Source of the DNA: Azolla caroliniana
Lineage: Eukaryota; Plantae; Polypodiophyta
DNA: 64,000 nt
NCBI GenBank assembly: GCA_043228905.1
Contig: JBHGNT010000123.1
Coordinates: 9,731 to 73,730, forward strand
Direction: 5' to 3'
Part shown: positions 1 through 13,140 of the stretch, in pieces
Layout of the letters: the number at the start of each line of letters is the position of its first letter
Position numbering within the stretch: the first letter of the stretch is position 1
Notes under the pieces: model-generated
What the model saw: only the letters and a program-made list of their open reading frames with translations
What the model was told of the DNA's origin: nothing
Databases searched by the model: none
Translations under genes and position numbers: made by a program

Positions 1-670
1 GTTCAGTTTTGGTTCGGGTCGAAATCTTTGCCTTGAAACTGAACTGAACTGAACCGAACCATTTATATAAAACAAAAACCAAACCAAATTGCTTATGAAC
101 TCTCCAGCCATTTAAACCAAACCATTTAAGAAAATGTAAACCAAACCATATAAACTAAAACCGTTTCGGGAAAAGTTAAAACCAAACCGAACCGTTTAAT
201 AAAAAATTTAAACCTAAATATTTAAGTCAAACTCATTAAAAAACTAAATAAACTGAGTACATTAATTAAATAAGCATTTAAGTTAGATGAATTAAATCAA
301 CAAAAAAACATTAATTAAACCATTAAATTAAATAAACGTTTAAGTTAAATTAATTAAATCATTAAAAAAACATCAATTAAACCATTAAATTAAATAAACA
401 TTTAAGTTAAATTATTAAAATAAATAAAAAACATTAATTTAACCATTAAATTGATAAACCATTAAGGGAGAAAAAAAGTTACTCAAAAACCAAAAAACCT
501 TTAAACAAAACCACTTAAACCGATAAACCTTATATTTAGAACTAAACCGATCTAAAACCAACCGTTTATTAATAATCTAAACCAAACCAAACCATTTAAT
601 TATTTTGGACCGATAAACTGTCAAACCATGGCTAACGGTTCAGTTCGGTTTGATCCAAAATTGGGCCCAT
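1..670. repeat. AT-rich array of AAACC(G/A)AACC-type motifs, probably the body of a non-autonomous DNA transposon (MITE-like)
   Basis: Many aaccgaacc/aaccaaacc/aaaccatt units, with inverted ggttcag/ggttcgg clusters at both ends. No TSD visible because the left end is at the window edge. Confidence 0.45.
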
Positions 671-1089
671 AGCTAGCTATAACGGATAGCTCAATTCCAA
701 CATTGCGAGTTTTTAATCATTTTGTATTATTTGACCAGAGAGAAACAAATAGAGGAAATAAATTTTTATTGTTTTAAGGAAGCAAAGCAGTAGAGGAAAA
801 GAGAAAGTAAGTCAAACATAATAAAAATAAAAAATGTATTGAAGACGAAGAAATAGTAGAAGATGATGAAGAATGCCAACACACATGCCTTTCAATACAC
901 CAAAGGGCTTATTAATGCACAAGAAAATAATGCTCAGTAAGAATTAATAAAGAGACATTTTTCAAGCATACCCACTTTCTTTTACACCTCTTAGATACTT
1001 CCACATACACCCAAAAAGAGAAAGAAAGAAACAAAGATGTTGTATAAGGATCCACATGATGCTTTCATGGCTTCAAAAGGACATTCTTG

Positions 1090-2330
1090 TTGAGATAACA
1101 AGGTCCAATCACTCACCTTATGTGAGAACACACTCCTTAGTGCATCAGTGTGTGGAAGTCCACCATTGGCTTAATGAATGGGAGATGACTTGGCATTGAA
1201 TGAAGTTAATGCTTCTGCTTGGTGCCAGTCCTAAGGACATGTGTTGAAGTCTACCATTGTCTTAATAAAAGGGAGATGCCTATCATTGAATGAAGTTGAT
1301 GCCTTTGCTTGATCAACACCATAAATTTGTCATGTGGTCCACTCACCCCCCCTTGACCATGCAAAGGGAAGGTGAAGATGCATGAGCTTGATGAAGATGG
1401 TCATAGCTATAAAGAGGGCATGGTAGGCCACTCCAACTCCGCAAGCTCCAATCTGTCTCAAGTTAGAAAGTTTGGTGTGCTAATTATGTGGACACTAGGT
1501 GTGAAGAAAGCCTCACCAATGGCTTATAAGAAAAGTAATAACTCAAAACCATAGTACATAATTTACTCGAATGTATTGGCAAACATTCTTTTTCATACAA
1601 ATGCGTATTTTATTAAAACATTCTTATGGTTTTTTTTTACACTTTTCACCTTAACTTTCTTACATTAAAAGAAAATTTACCTTATAATAAATAATGAATA
1701 CAAAAGTATGGTATTTCCATACTTCGAGGGTGTTTACCATACTCGAATGATTGAAACATTCTTAAATGCGAATGCACGTGTGGTACATAGGGTTCATACT
1801 ATGCTCAAAACTATGAGAAGATTCTAGCGACTCAGTTTTGCTATAACGATTACATGATTCAACACTATGCCTTCATGGTGAAAGTAGCAGCCATCCCTGA
1901 GCTAGAAATAGTAGAAGTGGCTCATGACCCTCAATGAGTGGAGGTCATGCAAGAATCTTACAACGATGGAACATAGAACCTTGTCCCGACTCTACCATAT
2001 CCTTGTCATCAGATGCAGGATAGTAACCGAATGCTGGCACTCGGCATGGACAAGATTAGATACTTCTCTACGGAATGTAGGGTATGTCCACTTCATCTAT
2101 CGAGCTTGATGGCGAGTGCACGAGCGCAATGAGCACAAGGGGAAATTTCGGATCATTAGGTAAATGATCATATGGCAGAATTGAGAGTGAAGGGGGTGTG
2201 TTTTGAGATAACAAGTTCAACCACACCTTATGTGTGAACACACACTTCTTGGGGCACTTGTGTTTTAAAGTCCATCGTTTGTCTTAATGGATGAGAGATG
2301 CCTTTGCATTGAATTAAGTCGATACCTTAG
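1090..2330 (+). mobile_element. Degenerate LTR-element remnant
   Basis: Direct repeat ttgagataacaag...caccttatgtg.gaacacac at ~1090 and ~2203. The second copy is preceded by a PPT-like gagagtgaagggggtg. Confidence 0.35.
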
Positions 2331-2489
2331 ATATCCCACTCTATCCCTTCAAGGACAACCAACACTTTAAACAAAGTCCCCTCTCTTGTATTAAATGTTG
2401 CTTATCCTGGATTTATGGTTGACTCATGGTTGGTATCATTTGTATTTTCATTGTAAAAAATATCCCCCATTTTGCTAAATTTATTTCAA

Positions 2490-2719
2490 CCCTCAGCATT
2501 TTCTGCAATGTTTGCCTAATCTTTGCATTTCTACCCTCTGCAATACATTGTTCACTTATGCTGAATACATTGTTTTGGTGAATCTTGTGTTCCCTCTCTA
2601 TCTCTGTCTATGTCCGTTCTTGTCCTCTGCATTTCCTGCAATGTTTGCCTAATCTTTGCATTTCTACCCTCTTTTATACATTGTTCACATATGCTGAATA
2701 CATTGTTTTGGGTGAAGTG

Positions 2720-2754
<35 letters not shown>

Positions 2755-2830
2755 TGTGTGTGTGTTCTAGTCCTCTGCATTTTCTGCAATGCTCGCCTAA
2801 TCTTTGCATTTCTACCCTCTGTATTTTCTT
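2490..2830. repeat. Three ~130-150 bp tandem repeats with a (CT)n tract
   Basis: Unit core gcattt(t/c)ctgcaatg...gcctaatctttgcatttctaccctct at ~2497, ~2628 and ~2777. Confidence 0.85.
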
Positions 2831-2924
2831 CAATGATTGCTTAGCATTCCTTCTGCTCTCTATGCTTTTTCAACCTATTCCTTGTATCTGCTTTCCTAGC
2901 TACAGAACACTGTGGATTCTGAAT

Positions 2925-3880
2925 GGATAGTGGATGAAGATATAGATTTGAACACCCATGAAGATGGTCCAGATCAATGGAAGACCCCAAGAAGATATTG
3001 TAGAAGAAAAGGACGGGATAGGAATACCACAGGTAGTGCACAAAAGGTGCAGAAGGCACCCAAATTGCAGGTTCAAATAGATGTTGAAGAAGGGAAAGGT
3101 GACCTTTTACTTCATTTGATTACGTAAGAGATCAATCATATGAGAGATAGCATAGAAAGAGCCTTAAAAAACAAAATCTAGAAGATAGAGAAACAAAAAA
3201 TAGAATTGCATGCCTCTCAAAAGATGGAATTAGTAGAAGCCATAGAAATGGACATCATAAGTTTTGCAAAGAAATCAAACTTAGAGACAATACCTAAAGG
3301 ATGAAAATGTCCTCAAATAGGCTTGAACTAGTAGCTATTAAAGTTGATTTATGAAAAGGAAATACAGACATGGGAAGAGATAACCAAAGATGCCAAAGCT
3401 CAAGATGAGCATGCTCAAAAAGAAATCAAAGCTAACGTTGCTTGGATAGAGGTAGTGGAAAAACAAAAAGGAACAATATTGAAAATGATAGAGATAACGA
3501 AGGCTACATTAGAAGAAGAAACCAAAAGGAAAGCTCGTGCATACATGTAGGACTAGTTAGAGAAGAAACCAAAATGAAGCCAACAACAAAATGCCAAGAA
3601 TCTCGGAACAAAAGTGGGGGCATAAGATATTCCATTTGCTTTAGTGTGAAGGGTGGGAAGAGATGAGTCTGGAGCTAAAGTCTTGATCATCCAATTCAAG
3701 GATATGGAAAAGAGAAAAGCTTTTTTCTATCCATGAGAAGGGCACTCAAGGGTAACCAATTATATTCAGATGATAATCTGACTTTAGCTCAAGTAGCACA
3801 TGGCAAAGAAAACATAGCAGGAGTTCTCAATGCAAGAAATGAAGGAAAATAGCTGTAAATAGAGATGGTAATTTACAGAG
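2925..3880 (+). pseudogene. Decayed LINE ORF1-like remnant
   Basis: Coiled-coil K/E-rich fragments, then LKGNQLYSDDNLTLAQVAH...VLNARNEGK, which resembles the C-terminal part of plant LINE ORF1. Many stops and frameshifts. Confidence 0.5.
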
Positions 3881-4015
3881 GAGAGCCGCATGACATGCGA
3901 TACACTTTTGATGGATTATATAGAATTGCAACGGTTCTCTAAAGAGATGTTAATATATCTTTCTTTCTTTCTCATCATTGACTAAGATATTGTAGCTGTA
4001 TTTGTGAATATTATG

Positions 4016-4063
<48 letters not shown>

Positions 4064-4518
4064 ACACATACATACACATAAAACGTACACATCAGTGCAT
4101 AGAGTTATATTCTCGCGCTCTCACAATTCTTCCCTCTTCCTCAATACATCCTATAGAGAAGTTTGGCCACCAGTTCTTACATGGGCTTACTTGTTATGCG
4201 TGCCTTCTCTCATTGTTAACTGGGTTATTGTTGCTGTATTACAATGATTGTAAAACTATCAGAATGGAGAAGATCTTGTAAATTAGAACACTTTCTCTTT
4301 ACGAACTAGGAGTTTCGAGCTCAAGGATGCAATGACATTCATAAAGTGCTAATAGCTGCCCCGGCATTCTTATAGCTGCTTTTGTACTGTTGTTTCTCCT
4401 CACACAAAATTTAATTGGAAGATCACATTGAAATTGGCTCATTTGTTTAAGTATCCTATGTTTTCTTTGCATATTTGTTTATGCCGACTCTTTGACAATT
4501 GTTGCTTATTCAATCCAG

Positions 4519-5729
4519 GTGCCATGTTGCATGTCAAGAATATGCTATTGCATTAAAGGCTCTTAATGGCTATCTGAGCTCAGGGCGGCCTGCACGAACT
4601 GAATTATTTGTGGTATGCATCCTCTTCTCAAGACTTATGTGAATTTATATTTATTTTTCTTAATTAGTTGTTTTTATTCTTATAATTTTTTAAATAATGG
4701 AATCACAGGCAAGATATCCAACTCTATTGTGGATGGATATTCAGCTAACTCTTGGTTCTGTTTTGGAAAGGTATTCATTTTAGAAGCTGTAAGGGGATTT
4801 ACAAGAGAAGGAATGGAGACAGCTAAGAAGGTGTTGGTAAGTGATTGATTCTATTTTGGTGCTGTTGGTCCAAAGGCACTCAAAGCATATATACATAATA
4901 TTTATATATGCATAATACATATCATTCAAACACATCTATGCAATTATAGAATGTGACCTGGCTGGAGGCATTGGTCTGTTATGTGGCATAGAATATGCAT
5001 ATTTTTTCTATTATTGAATGTGTTTCTGGTTCATTCTCATAGCTTTAGTTGCAATTTTGATTTGTGCTTTTTGACTACGAGTACCAAAGTGTTTCTTTAA
5101 CATTTAAGATGTAATCTCTTATTCGGTCTTATAGGCCATTTTGGCCTCTTAAAAGACGTTAATATATCTTTCTTTCTTTCTTTCTTTCTCCATTTTTTAG
5201 CAAGACATGCTGAACAGAGGCTTGCCGATAACTAATAAGATGCATAGCGATCTTCTGGAATTGGCATCTCAGGAGCCAGTACGATTCTCTCTCTTCTCTC
5301 GTTTATGTGCTACTTAAAAAGAGAGTACAAAATTTATTTATTTTCAGTAAATGAAAGTATTTTGTGTTTTGAATGCCATATAGACACACTTGTTAAAAAG
5401 CTATCAAATCCTTGTTGGGCACAGGGAGGAGATTTCTCTATGGCCAACCTGTTATTTGATCTCATGCAGAAGCGTAAAGTGAATTTACCCAGAAGGGTTA
5501 TTGATATGTACTTCAGAGGCTTGAAGGTAAGAAGAAAACCAGACAATACAAAAACTTCTGTTAACCAAGTTATATCAATGTGTTTTCTTATATATATTTT
5601 GTTTTATTTTTGTTGTAGCGGCGTCAAATTCCAGAAGGTGATCCCCGGCTCAAGCTAGTAACGGATATTATGAATAGAAGGCTTCCACTTAGAGTGGGAG
5701 CAGCACAACAGATGCAACTGGCTGCATAG
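4519..5729 (+). CDS. 3' exons of a mitochondrial P-type PPR protein (At4g35850-like); exons ~4519-4612, 4771-4836, 5201-5278, 5425-5526, 5619-5729; 5' part lies upstream of the window
   Basis: GT-AG exons splice to CHVACQEYAIALKALNGYLSSGRPARTELFV / VFILEAVRGFTREGMETAKKVL / QDMLNRGL..LLELASQEP / GGDFSMANLLFDLMQKR..YFRGLK / RRQIPEGDPRLKLV..*. This is collinear with the C-terminus of At4g35850 as I recall it (..YYKGLKEREIPEDDPRL..). Confidence 0.85.
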
Positions 5730-7804
5730 TGTGATAAGATAGACGAATAAATCAACAGATATTTGTGTTTGAACAATTCAAATAGTTTTTGGTTTTCAAC
5801 TTTGTGCCAAATATCTGGTATTGTCCTGAATGGACCATTTCTAGACTTAATGGTTTCTATATGAATCTTCTTAATGGCTTTCACACAGGTAAGGCCAGCT
5901 TTTTTAGTGTATTTCCTAGATTGTATAGAAATACTGTTTGAGTTGCAATGACACAGTGGGATTGTTATATACAAATAACCTGCCATTCAGTAACTATGCA
6001 CAAGCTAAATGTGAGGTGCAAGTAGATCATGTAATTTCTTTTTTCATATGATACTGAGAAGCACCTTATGGGGTGGTTGAAGGCATATGTTAATCATGAT
6101 TCCTTATGTTCCATGATTCAATTTAGTTTCTCAAAACAATATTATCGAGCTATATACCATTTATTGTGAGATATTAAATAATCTTTGGGCACCTGGAACA
6201 TGTGTCTGGCGTAAATGCAAAGCCAGTTTTGAGTACACCAATTGCAATTGAGACGTTGAAACACGTTTGCCAACAAGCAGTGGTGGGGTATATATGTATG
6301 TGTATGCTCGTATGCTTTATCTTTGTGTGCATATGGTTGAACTTTTGTGTCTAACTCTAAACCTATATATAGGTCATGGTTATCGTGATTGGGAATAGGA
6401 TCATGTGAAGAATGTGCACTTGGTTCTGTCAACAGTGGGGTTCCCCCTTTTCTTATATATTTTTTAAAAGAAAAAATTTAGCACATCGTTTAGTGGCATT
6501 GTTGTGTAAATTCACACATAGTTGTGAAAGTCATGGGGGATCGTGGGGTACCTGAGTTAAGGTAGATGGCTATGTCAACAAAGGGTTGCATACAATGGTT
6601 GTTTTGGTGGTCCCTGCATTGGTCTTCTTCAAGTTGTAGCGTGGTTTCATTGTACAACTAGAATGTGTAAGTGTATTTATAAATAAGTGTGAAATTTTGT
6701 GTCCAATAAATGGTTGTGTAGTTGTGTTATATGGAGTTTTGCATTTGGGCTTGTATGTGTATTTGTATGGAGTAGAGAATTCCTTCTCGACATTTTGATA
6801 TAGCTCTTTCAACATTGAAGGTATTGGGGACTAGCAAAATCAGAGTATGCAAATTGTTTTGTTCTTTTATCTCAATCTAGGGCTTAAAGACATTCTCTGA
6901 TTAATGCATATTGATATCCAAGTTCTCCTTGTTGGTGACTTCACGGAAGTTTGATACGAAGGAATTAGGGATTTATAGGTTGGCAAGGCATCATGCAATA
7001 ATTGGCATTGGCCTTTATCACATTGGGATTATATAGGACCATGAGGAAGTACTTAGAGATGAGGGATGTCAAGAGAATCCAACGCTCGAGAGTACCCCAA
7101 GTATGGGCCTTACCATTATTGTTACTACTTAGAAAGAGAGAGAGAGAGAGAAAGAGATACCATACTACAATTACACCTCATGTACATTAGCTAGACGGAA
7201 ATTTGATTGCACAGTTCTGGTACATGTATGATCACCTTGTTGTCGAAGGAGTCTTACAACACCCTAGAGGGAAGACACTAGTTTTCAGGGAAGAGCTACT
7301 CCCATGTTTTGTTGGTAACGAGAACAAAGATTTCCTTATATTCCCATGTTCTCTTAGTAAACACAATAAAATACATTTATGGAGAGAAGGAGAGCACTTT
7401 ATTTAAAATCCTGTTAGTAAATTACAAGCTGGTAAGCCTATGTCAAACTCAGTTGTCATTGACCAATCCTCCATGAGGGGGCTTCCTTCTTGTTCATAGA
7501 CATTTTGAATCCCATCAACAACCAACTAACCCTCCATGAGGGAGATTCCTTCTTCGTTACTAAGTCTTACAATACCCTAGAGGCGAAAACAAAGATTTCT
7601 TTCTACTCCCATGTTCTCTTAGTATACACAATAAAATACAATTATGGAGAGAAGGAGAGCACTTTATTTAAAATCCTTGCAACATTAAGAAAATGCTTCG
7701 GAGTAGACAAAATACACGAAAGTTTTCGAAACCCTCCAACATTAGGTAACACACAAGGTTCGAGGATGTAAGGCAATGCCTAGTAACATTATACGTCGTT
7801 ACCA

Positions 7805-9466
7805 CTACTTGTTGTAGTAGTGGAAGGGGTTAGACACGGGTTTGGCCAAGAAAGTGGGGTCATTGAGGAGCCTTTCCATGACATGAGATGGAAGGGCTAC
7901 ACATATCTCTATATCCCCAACACCTGGGCCCGAGGAGCCTTCGCGGTCCCCAAAAAGAACCATCTCTCCATTGCCCGGGACTTTGGCCGATCGGACGGCC
8001 GCAGGACGGCCCCACCCGAACTCGACTTGGTACACAGGGAACCTCGGGGAGCTCGTGGCGCCCGCCATCTGGAACTCGGCCCAGTCCTTGTAAGCGTCCG
8101 CGGAGCTGTTCCCGTGGAGTTCGAGCCAATGAATGTGGGCCACGAGGGAGTTGGGTGTACACATGAGGACAGCCTCGTGGATCCGTCGGGCCGTGTGGCC
8201 GAGGCCCTCGGCCAGGACATCAGCCGCACGCGCATCGGATGAGGTGTTATCCAGGACATTACCGAAGTAGGAAGGGGGCAGTGGCGGCTCCATCTTGGCC
8301 CTAAGGTTGGCCATCACCATGAACCTTACCTTGGTGTCTGGAGGAGATAGCCTAGCCTGGGTCAATTGTCGCCAGAAGTGGGCACACAAGACCTCGTAGG
8401 TAGTGTAGCTCCCTCCTGCCTCTGCTTTCAGCTTCTTGATCGATGATGCGGGCAGAACAAACACACATTGCATTAGCCCCGTCTCCATTGGTGGCGGCTT
8501 CGGAAGCTTTACATGATCACTGCCACCATTCTCCATGAATCGATCGCGATCCCTCTGCAGCTTTGCCGTGTATCGCTTCGCTACATCTTCGGACGGAGGC
8601 CCATTGAGTGCTAGCCTCTCTCTCTCGTGAATCGGGGGCGTCGTCACGCCGACATTGCCCCTTGCACACTCCCCCCATGCCACCATGAAATCCCACAACG
8701 ACTTCCCGTCCGCCACAACGTGGCTCTGCGATAGTCCTAATGATATCCCCCCATCCGAAAACCGGGTCACCTGCTTAATCTCACATTCAATCATGTCAAA
8801 TCCAATTGGTTTATGAGATCCAAAATTCACATTCAATCATGTCAATCAAATACATTTGGTTTATGCTACGGAAATTTCACATTCAATCATGTCAAATACA
8901 TTTGGTTTATGAGGTCTAGAATTCACATTCAATCATGTCAATCAAATACATTTGGTTTATGAGATCTCATGATGCTATAAATAATGTGGACATTATTAGA
9001 TGTCATTTCACGTGTGTACCTGGATAGAGAGTAGAGGGCTCGTGTAGAGGCGATCCCCAGTGTGATCCACTGGTCGGCAAAGGCTCTCGTAGAGGGGCAT
9101 CATCGGGAAGCCTTCTCGGCTAATCTCGCTCATTTGAAAGTCAAGCGAGGCCTCCACGAATTCGACACCCACATCATTGCAATCGATGATGAGACGGCCT
9201 TGGGGATCTAGGGCTAAACGTCCCGCCCATGGGTAGTAGTGGACGAGCACGGCCGAGAGGCTCGTCTTCAATGTCTCGGTGGCATCGTGGCAACCGGTGG
9301 TGGTGATAATGTTGGGGTAGAAGAGGATTCTCTTGTTGTAGTGGACCTCTCGCCAATGTATGTCAAGTGACGAAAGGAATAGGTGGCGTTTTGTGGAAGG
9401 TGAGGCCGGGATGATTGTTGTGGACTTTTCGATCACAATAGGAGGAGGAGGAGGACAAGAACTCAT
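7805..9466 (-). CDS. BAHD acyltransferase, ~470 aa, exons 9466-9020 and 8770-7805
   Basis: LKTSLSAVLVHYYPWAGRL, CNDVGVEFVEA, HXXXD (SHVVADG), YFGN and VEFGWG (DFGWG variant). Single phase-0 intron after SPLLSIQ, the conserved BAHD Q-intron position. Confidence 0.95.
8778..8965. repeat. Tandem ~45-50 bp repeats filling the BAHD intron
   Basis: Four units of tcacattcaatcatgtcaa...ttggtttatg. Confidence 0.85.
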
Positions 9467-10198
9467 GTTGGGCTCAAGGTGCCATGGAACATTACATTAG
9501 GGAATTAAACATGAGGTTATGATCACATTGTCTCATGTTGCTAACCCTTTTTAGATTCTCAAAGCATGGACTGATTTGTACTAGGAGGTGTATAGATAAC
9601 TTAAATTCCCCCATGGGAAGGCCGCATGCTACACGTGGTCCACACTTCAATTTCCATGCCTCCAATCTTTTCATCTAAATATCGAAGGGAACTAATGTCT
9701 CATCTAAAAAGGTAGAGATTCCAAGCTCTAAAACTCTTGAGGTTGACAATTTAAAGCTATCATTTTGGAGTGTTGTCGTGATGTGGCATGCCGAGCATGA
9801 GAAACACCGGTGAACGAGGTAGAGACTCAAATCTCTAAAGCTCTTGGTGTGAAGGTGTGGGAGAAAAAGTGAGACAGAGAATATGTGACATGTGAGAAAA
9901 AGGGCAAAGGAGAAAGAGAGAGAGTTAAGATATTATTTATACATATGAAAATATAAAAATATTCTTAGAGTCATTAAATTGTTGTAAGAGAGGTGCAAAG
10001 TTCGATTCTAGAATAGTTGCATTCGATGATATTCTTTTCGCACTTTAAATATTGAGAAAGGGATGTTTGTAATTCAATGCAAATAAGGCGCCCTTCCCCT
10101 TGATTTTCGTATAAAAGGAGGAAGGGCTCATTTTTGGAGTTTTTTTTTTCCCATAAAAACATCTTCCATTGGTATTAAAATTAAAGTGGTTAGAGTCA

Positions 10199-10310
10199 CT
10201 ATACAAAATAGTCCAATATCACAATGAATATTGCATATCCCTCTATTTACAAGCTATACAAAATAGTCCACTATCACAATGAATATTGCATATCCCTCTA
10301 TTTACAAGCT
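10199..10310. repeat. ~55-bp tandem duplication
   Basis: ctatacaaaatagtcca.tatcacaatgaatattgcatatccctctatttacaagct present twice. Confidence 0.9.
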
Positions 10311-10332
10311 GAGTACGGAATGCTTGGCCTTT

Positions 10333-10815
10333 TCAATGCCTTCTACGCCATTGCAAATGTTGAAATCCCAAAATAATAAAAATTGTTATTGCATTCGGAG
10401 ACACTCCTTGAAGCTTCAGTTTTTGATGCAGTTTGCTAGCTTCATATGGCATTCCATATCTCACATAACCCATACTAAGGGCATTGGATGACTGCTCATT
10501 TTGCTTAGACAACTTCTCCAAAGCAGGCCTCAACCGATACAACCACTTCCGCATAGACAATCAGGAGGAAAGGAGCTGGTGTTATTCTCTCTCAAAGAGA
10601 ATTCCATTGTATTCATGGAAGCTTTGACGGCCTTCAATGTAAAACCTTCATCAACAAGGTCTTGGAGTTTTGAAATAATTAAATCTTCTCTCTTTGCAAT
10701 ATCCTCTACGACAACAATTTTAAGGCCCACATTGAATTGGAGTTGAAGAAGATAATGATCAATACCACCATCCACAAGAGCTTCACCAAGGACGCTCTCT
10801 AGCAATGCTTTACGT
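10333..10815 (-). pseudogene. Chimeric gene fragment: presequence protease (PreP, M16 peptidase) piece joined to a PLS-class PPR motif
   Basis: LESVLGEALVDGGI..QFNVGLK..EGFTLKAVKASMNTMEFSLRENNTSSFP..SMRKWLY matches PreP. It is followed directly by LEKLSKQNEQSSNALSMGYVRYG..KLQGVSPNAITI, a PPR motif. Confidence 0.8.
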
Positions 10816-10829
10816 AAATCTACATTAGG

Positions 10830-11480
10830 TGTTGGCTCTTCCCTCCTATTCCTTCATCCATCCTCTCCTCATGTGTTCATGTGCTCGTGCTTGTGGGCTC
10901 ATATGCTTGTGGCTCGGTGTGCGGAGCTTGTGTTCAGTGTTGGTGTGTTCATGTTCGCATGCTCGTGTTTTGTTGCTAGTGGTGTTCGTGTTTGTTGTTC
11001 TGGTTTGTTGTTCGCTCGTGGTGCTCGTGTGTGTGTGGGGTTGTGTGTTCAAGTTTGTGCGTGTGGCTCGGTGATCGTGTGCTTGTGCGCTTGTGGGTTC
11101 GTGGTTCGATGTGCTTCGAGCTCGTGGGTTCATTCGTTGTTGCTCATTGCATGCATGGTGTGCTCATTTGATCGTAGTTGGTGTGTTCATGTGCTCGTTG
11201 TTCGTGGTTCGTGTGGTGCTATTGCAAGTTTGTGTGCTCGTGTGCTTGTTGGTGGTGTGTACATGTGCCCATGCGCCCAAGTGCAACATGAACTATGTAT
11301 CGAGTTCGTTTGAAATCTCAACTTTTCAACATGAACTCGATACAATGTATCAAGTTTGTGGTAAAACGTTTTCAACACGAACTCAATATAATGTATAGAA
11401 TTGATGTAAAAAATTGAGTTTTCAACATGAACTCGATACATTGTATCAAATTGTACTGCAAAGTCTCTATTTTACTATTG
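10830..11480. repeat. GT-rich low-complexity tract followed by catgaactcgatac-type repeats (possible DNA-transposon subterminal region)
   Basis: gtgctc/gtgtt-rich tract, then (catg/cacg)aactc(g/a)ata units at ~11330, 11376 and 11426, with inverted versions. Confidence 0.5.
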
Positions 11481-11926
11481 AAATTATCGAGTTGCTGAAT
11501 AAATTGTATATTTTCACAAATAATCTCTATTTTTGTAATGAATTTCTATTTTTTTCCAAGATTTTCCATTAGACAAATTATTTGATTGGAGTGTTTTTAC
11601 TGCACTATTTAGTGGTTGTTTCGCATATTATTTAACAAAAATTCATTAATTTTTGCGATATTTCACAGATATCTATCTTTTTTTGGCATTTAGAGCCCTT
11701 TTCTAGAGTTAATCTGTCTTTAAACATATACGTTGTTAGAAATTACTTATTGGTTCATATAATTGAGTTTCTCTATATTTTTTGATATTGTGCCTACAAG
11801 GACAACTGAAAATTAGGATGAACGTATGGTCAAGATTTATTTTTTGAATAATCGAGGCTCGCCTTTAAAATCTATCAATGTGAGGAAGCCATGTATAGTT
11901 AGAGAGCAAAGAAATATTGTTTAACA

Positions 11927-12342
11927 ATGATATACCAAGATAATGATAGTAAGAAACTGAAAGAAGTTAAAGATATTCTTGATTTTCCTACATCATTTCT
12001 TGCACATCTTGAAAGAGGGTGGAAAGAAAAGGACTACCGTTTAGTGTATGCATATGGTGTGAACGATGGTGGCACTTTTAAGAAATTTGGCCATAAAAAG
12101 GATATCACCTGAGATTTATACTATAATGTCTATTGTGGTGATGTGGCTAAGATGATACACATATTGCCAACAAAAAAATACATATTATTGATTGTTGATA
12201 TACCATACAGATTTTGTATGGTTGGATCAACATATGATGATGACCCATTTATGTTCAAACAACTTGAGAAGATGGTAAAAGATTTCGCACAGACAATATG
12301 CTTATGGAGAATTGTCGTATTCCATAGCATGGACCAACTTAG
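11927..12342 (+). pseudogene. 5' part of a decayed beta-class N4C/N6A DNA methyltransferase-like gene (motif IV side), split by the copia insertion
   Basis: ORFs 11927-12112 and 12143-12364 are in one frame with one stop between them. They read YNVYCGDVAKMIHILPTKKYILLIVDIPY, matching the I..GD...LP....DLI.TDPPY pattern. Confidence 0.7.
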
Positions 12343-13054
12343 TGACAGGAATTACATGCTCTGATGAACAATGCTCGGCCTCAACTGAGTTTAGAATCAT
12401 AAAACACAGAAAAACGGGGAATGAATGCACGACATAGTGAAGAGAAGAGTACATAGGATGTTAACGTGGAAAACCCAAACTAGGGAAAAACCACGACAAC
12501 CCACAGACTGCAAACTATCACTATGTAACAATATACAATAGATGAACACAGAGGCAACGACCTCTTGTTCACTGTCTTCGCCACAAGCGGCGGTTACAAT
12601 AGAGATACGAACTCTTCGTCTCTCTCTCTCTCTCTCTCTCTCTCTGTACACTGTTGCGCTCTAATCTTGCGCCAACAAGAATGACAACTACTACATACTA
12701 AGTTTGCCCTAAGTCATATTTATACTAATATGACTTTTCGACTATTTACAATTATAGCCCCGATGGCCTCTCAGGAAACATATTTATGAATATGTCCCTT
12801 CATCCGGTGAGCACTTCTCACCGGGCCTTCACCATCCGGCTCTTGACGGGTACTCCTCATCCGGTTCTCACCGGGTCTTCCGTAGCTGGGTACTCATCCG
12901 GTTCTCATCGGGTCTTTCGTAGCCGGGTACTCCTCATCCGGTTATCACCGGGTCTTCCGTGGCCGGGTACTCCTCATCCGGATTCGGCCTCGACCGAGTT
13001 TCTCATCAGCATTGCTCTTCTCACTTCCCATCAGGAGGGACCTATTTCCTAACA
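12343..13054 (-). repeat. Copia 3' LTR with ~38-bp internal tandem repeats
   Basis: Direct repeat of 44449-45195. Copy number of the ccgggtactcctcatccggttctcaccgggtctt unit differs between the two LTRs. Confidence 0.95.
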
Positions 13055-13140
13055 CTTAGAATACTCTATAGGATAGGCCTTGAGATCTCTATAGGATACT
13101 CTATAGGATAGGATACTCTATAGGATACTCTATAGGATAC

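Noticed and set aside
10829-11441. Cys/Val-rich or His/Thr-rich ORFs
   Set aside because: Translation artefacts of GT-rich low-complexity DNA.
13055-13089. Extending the copia LTR to ...gagatctca
   Set aside because: The TSD CTTAG fits only an LTR ending at tcctaaca; the extra 35 bp is host flank.
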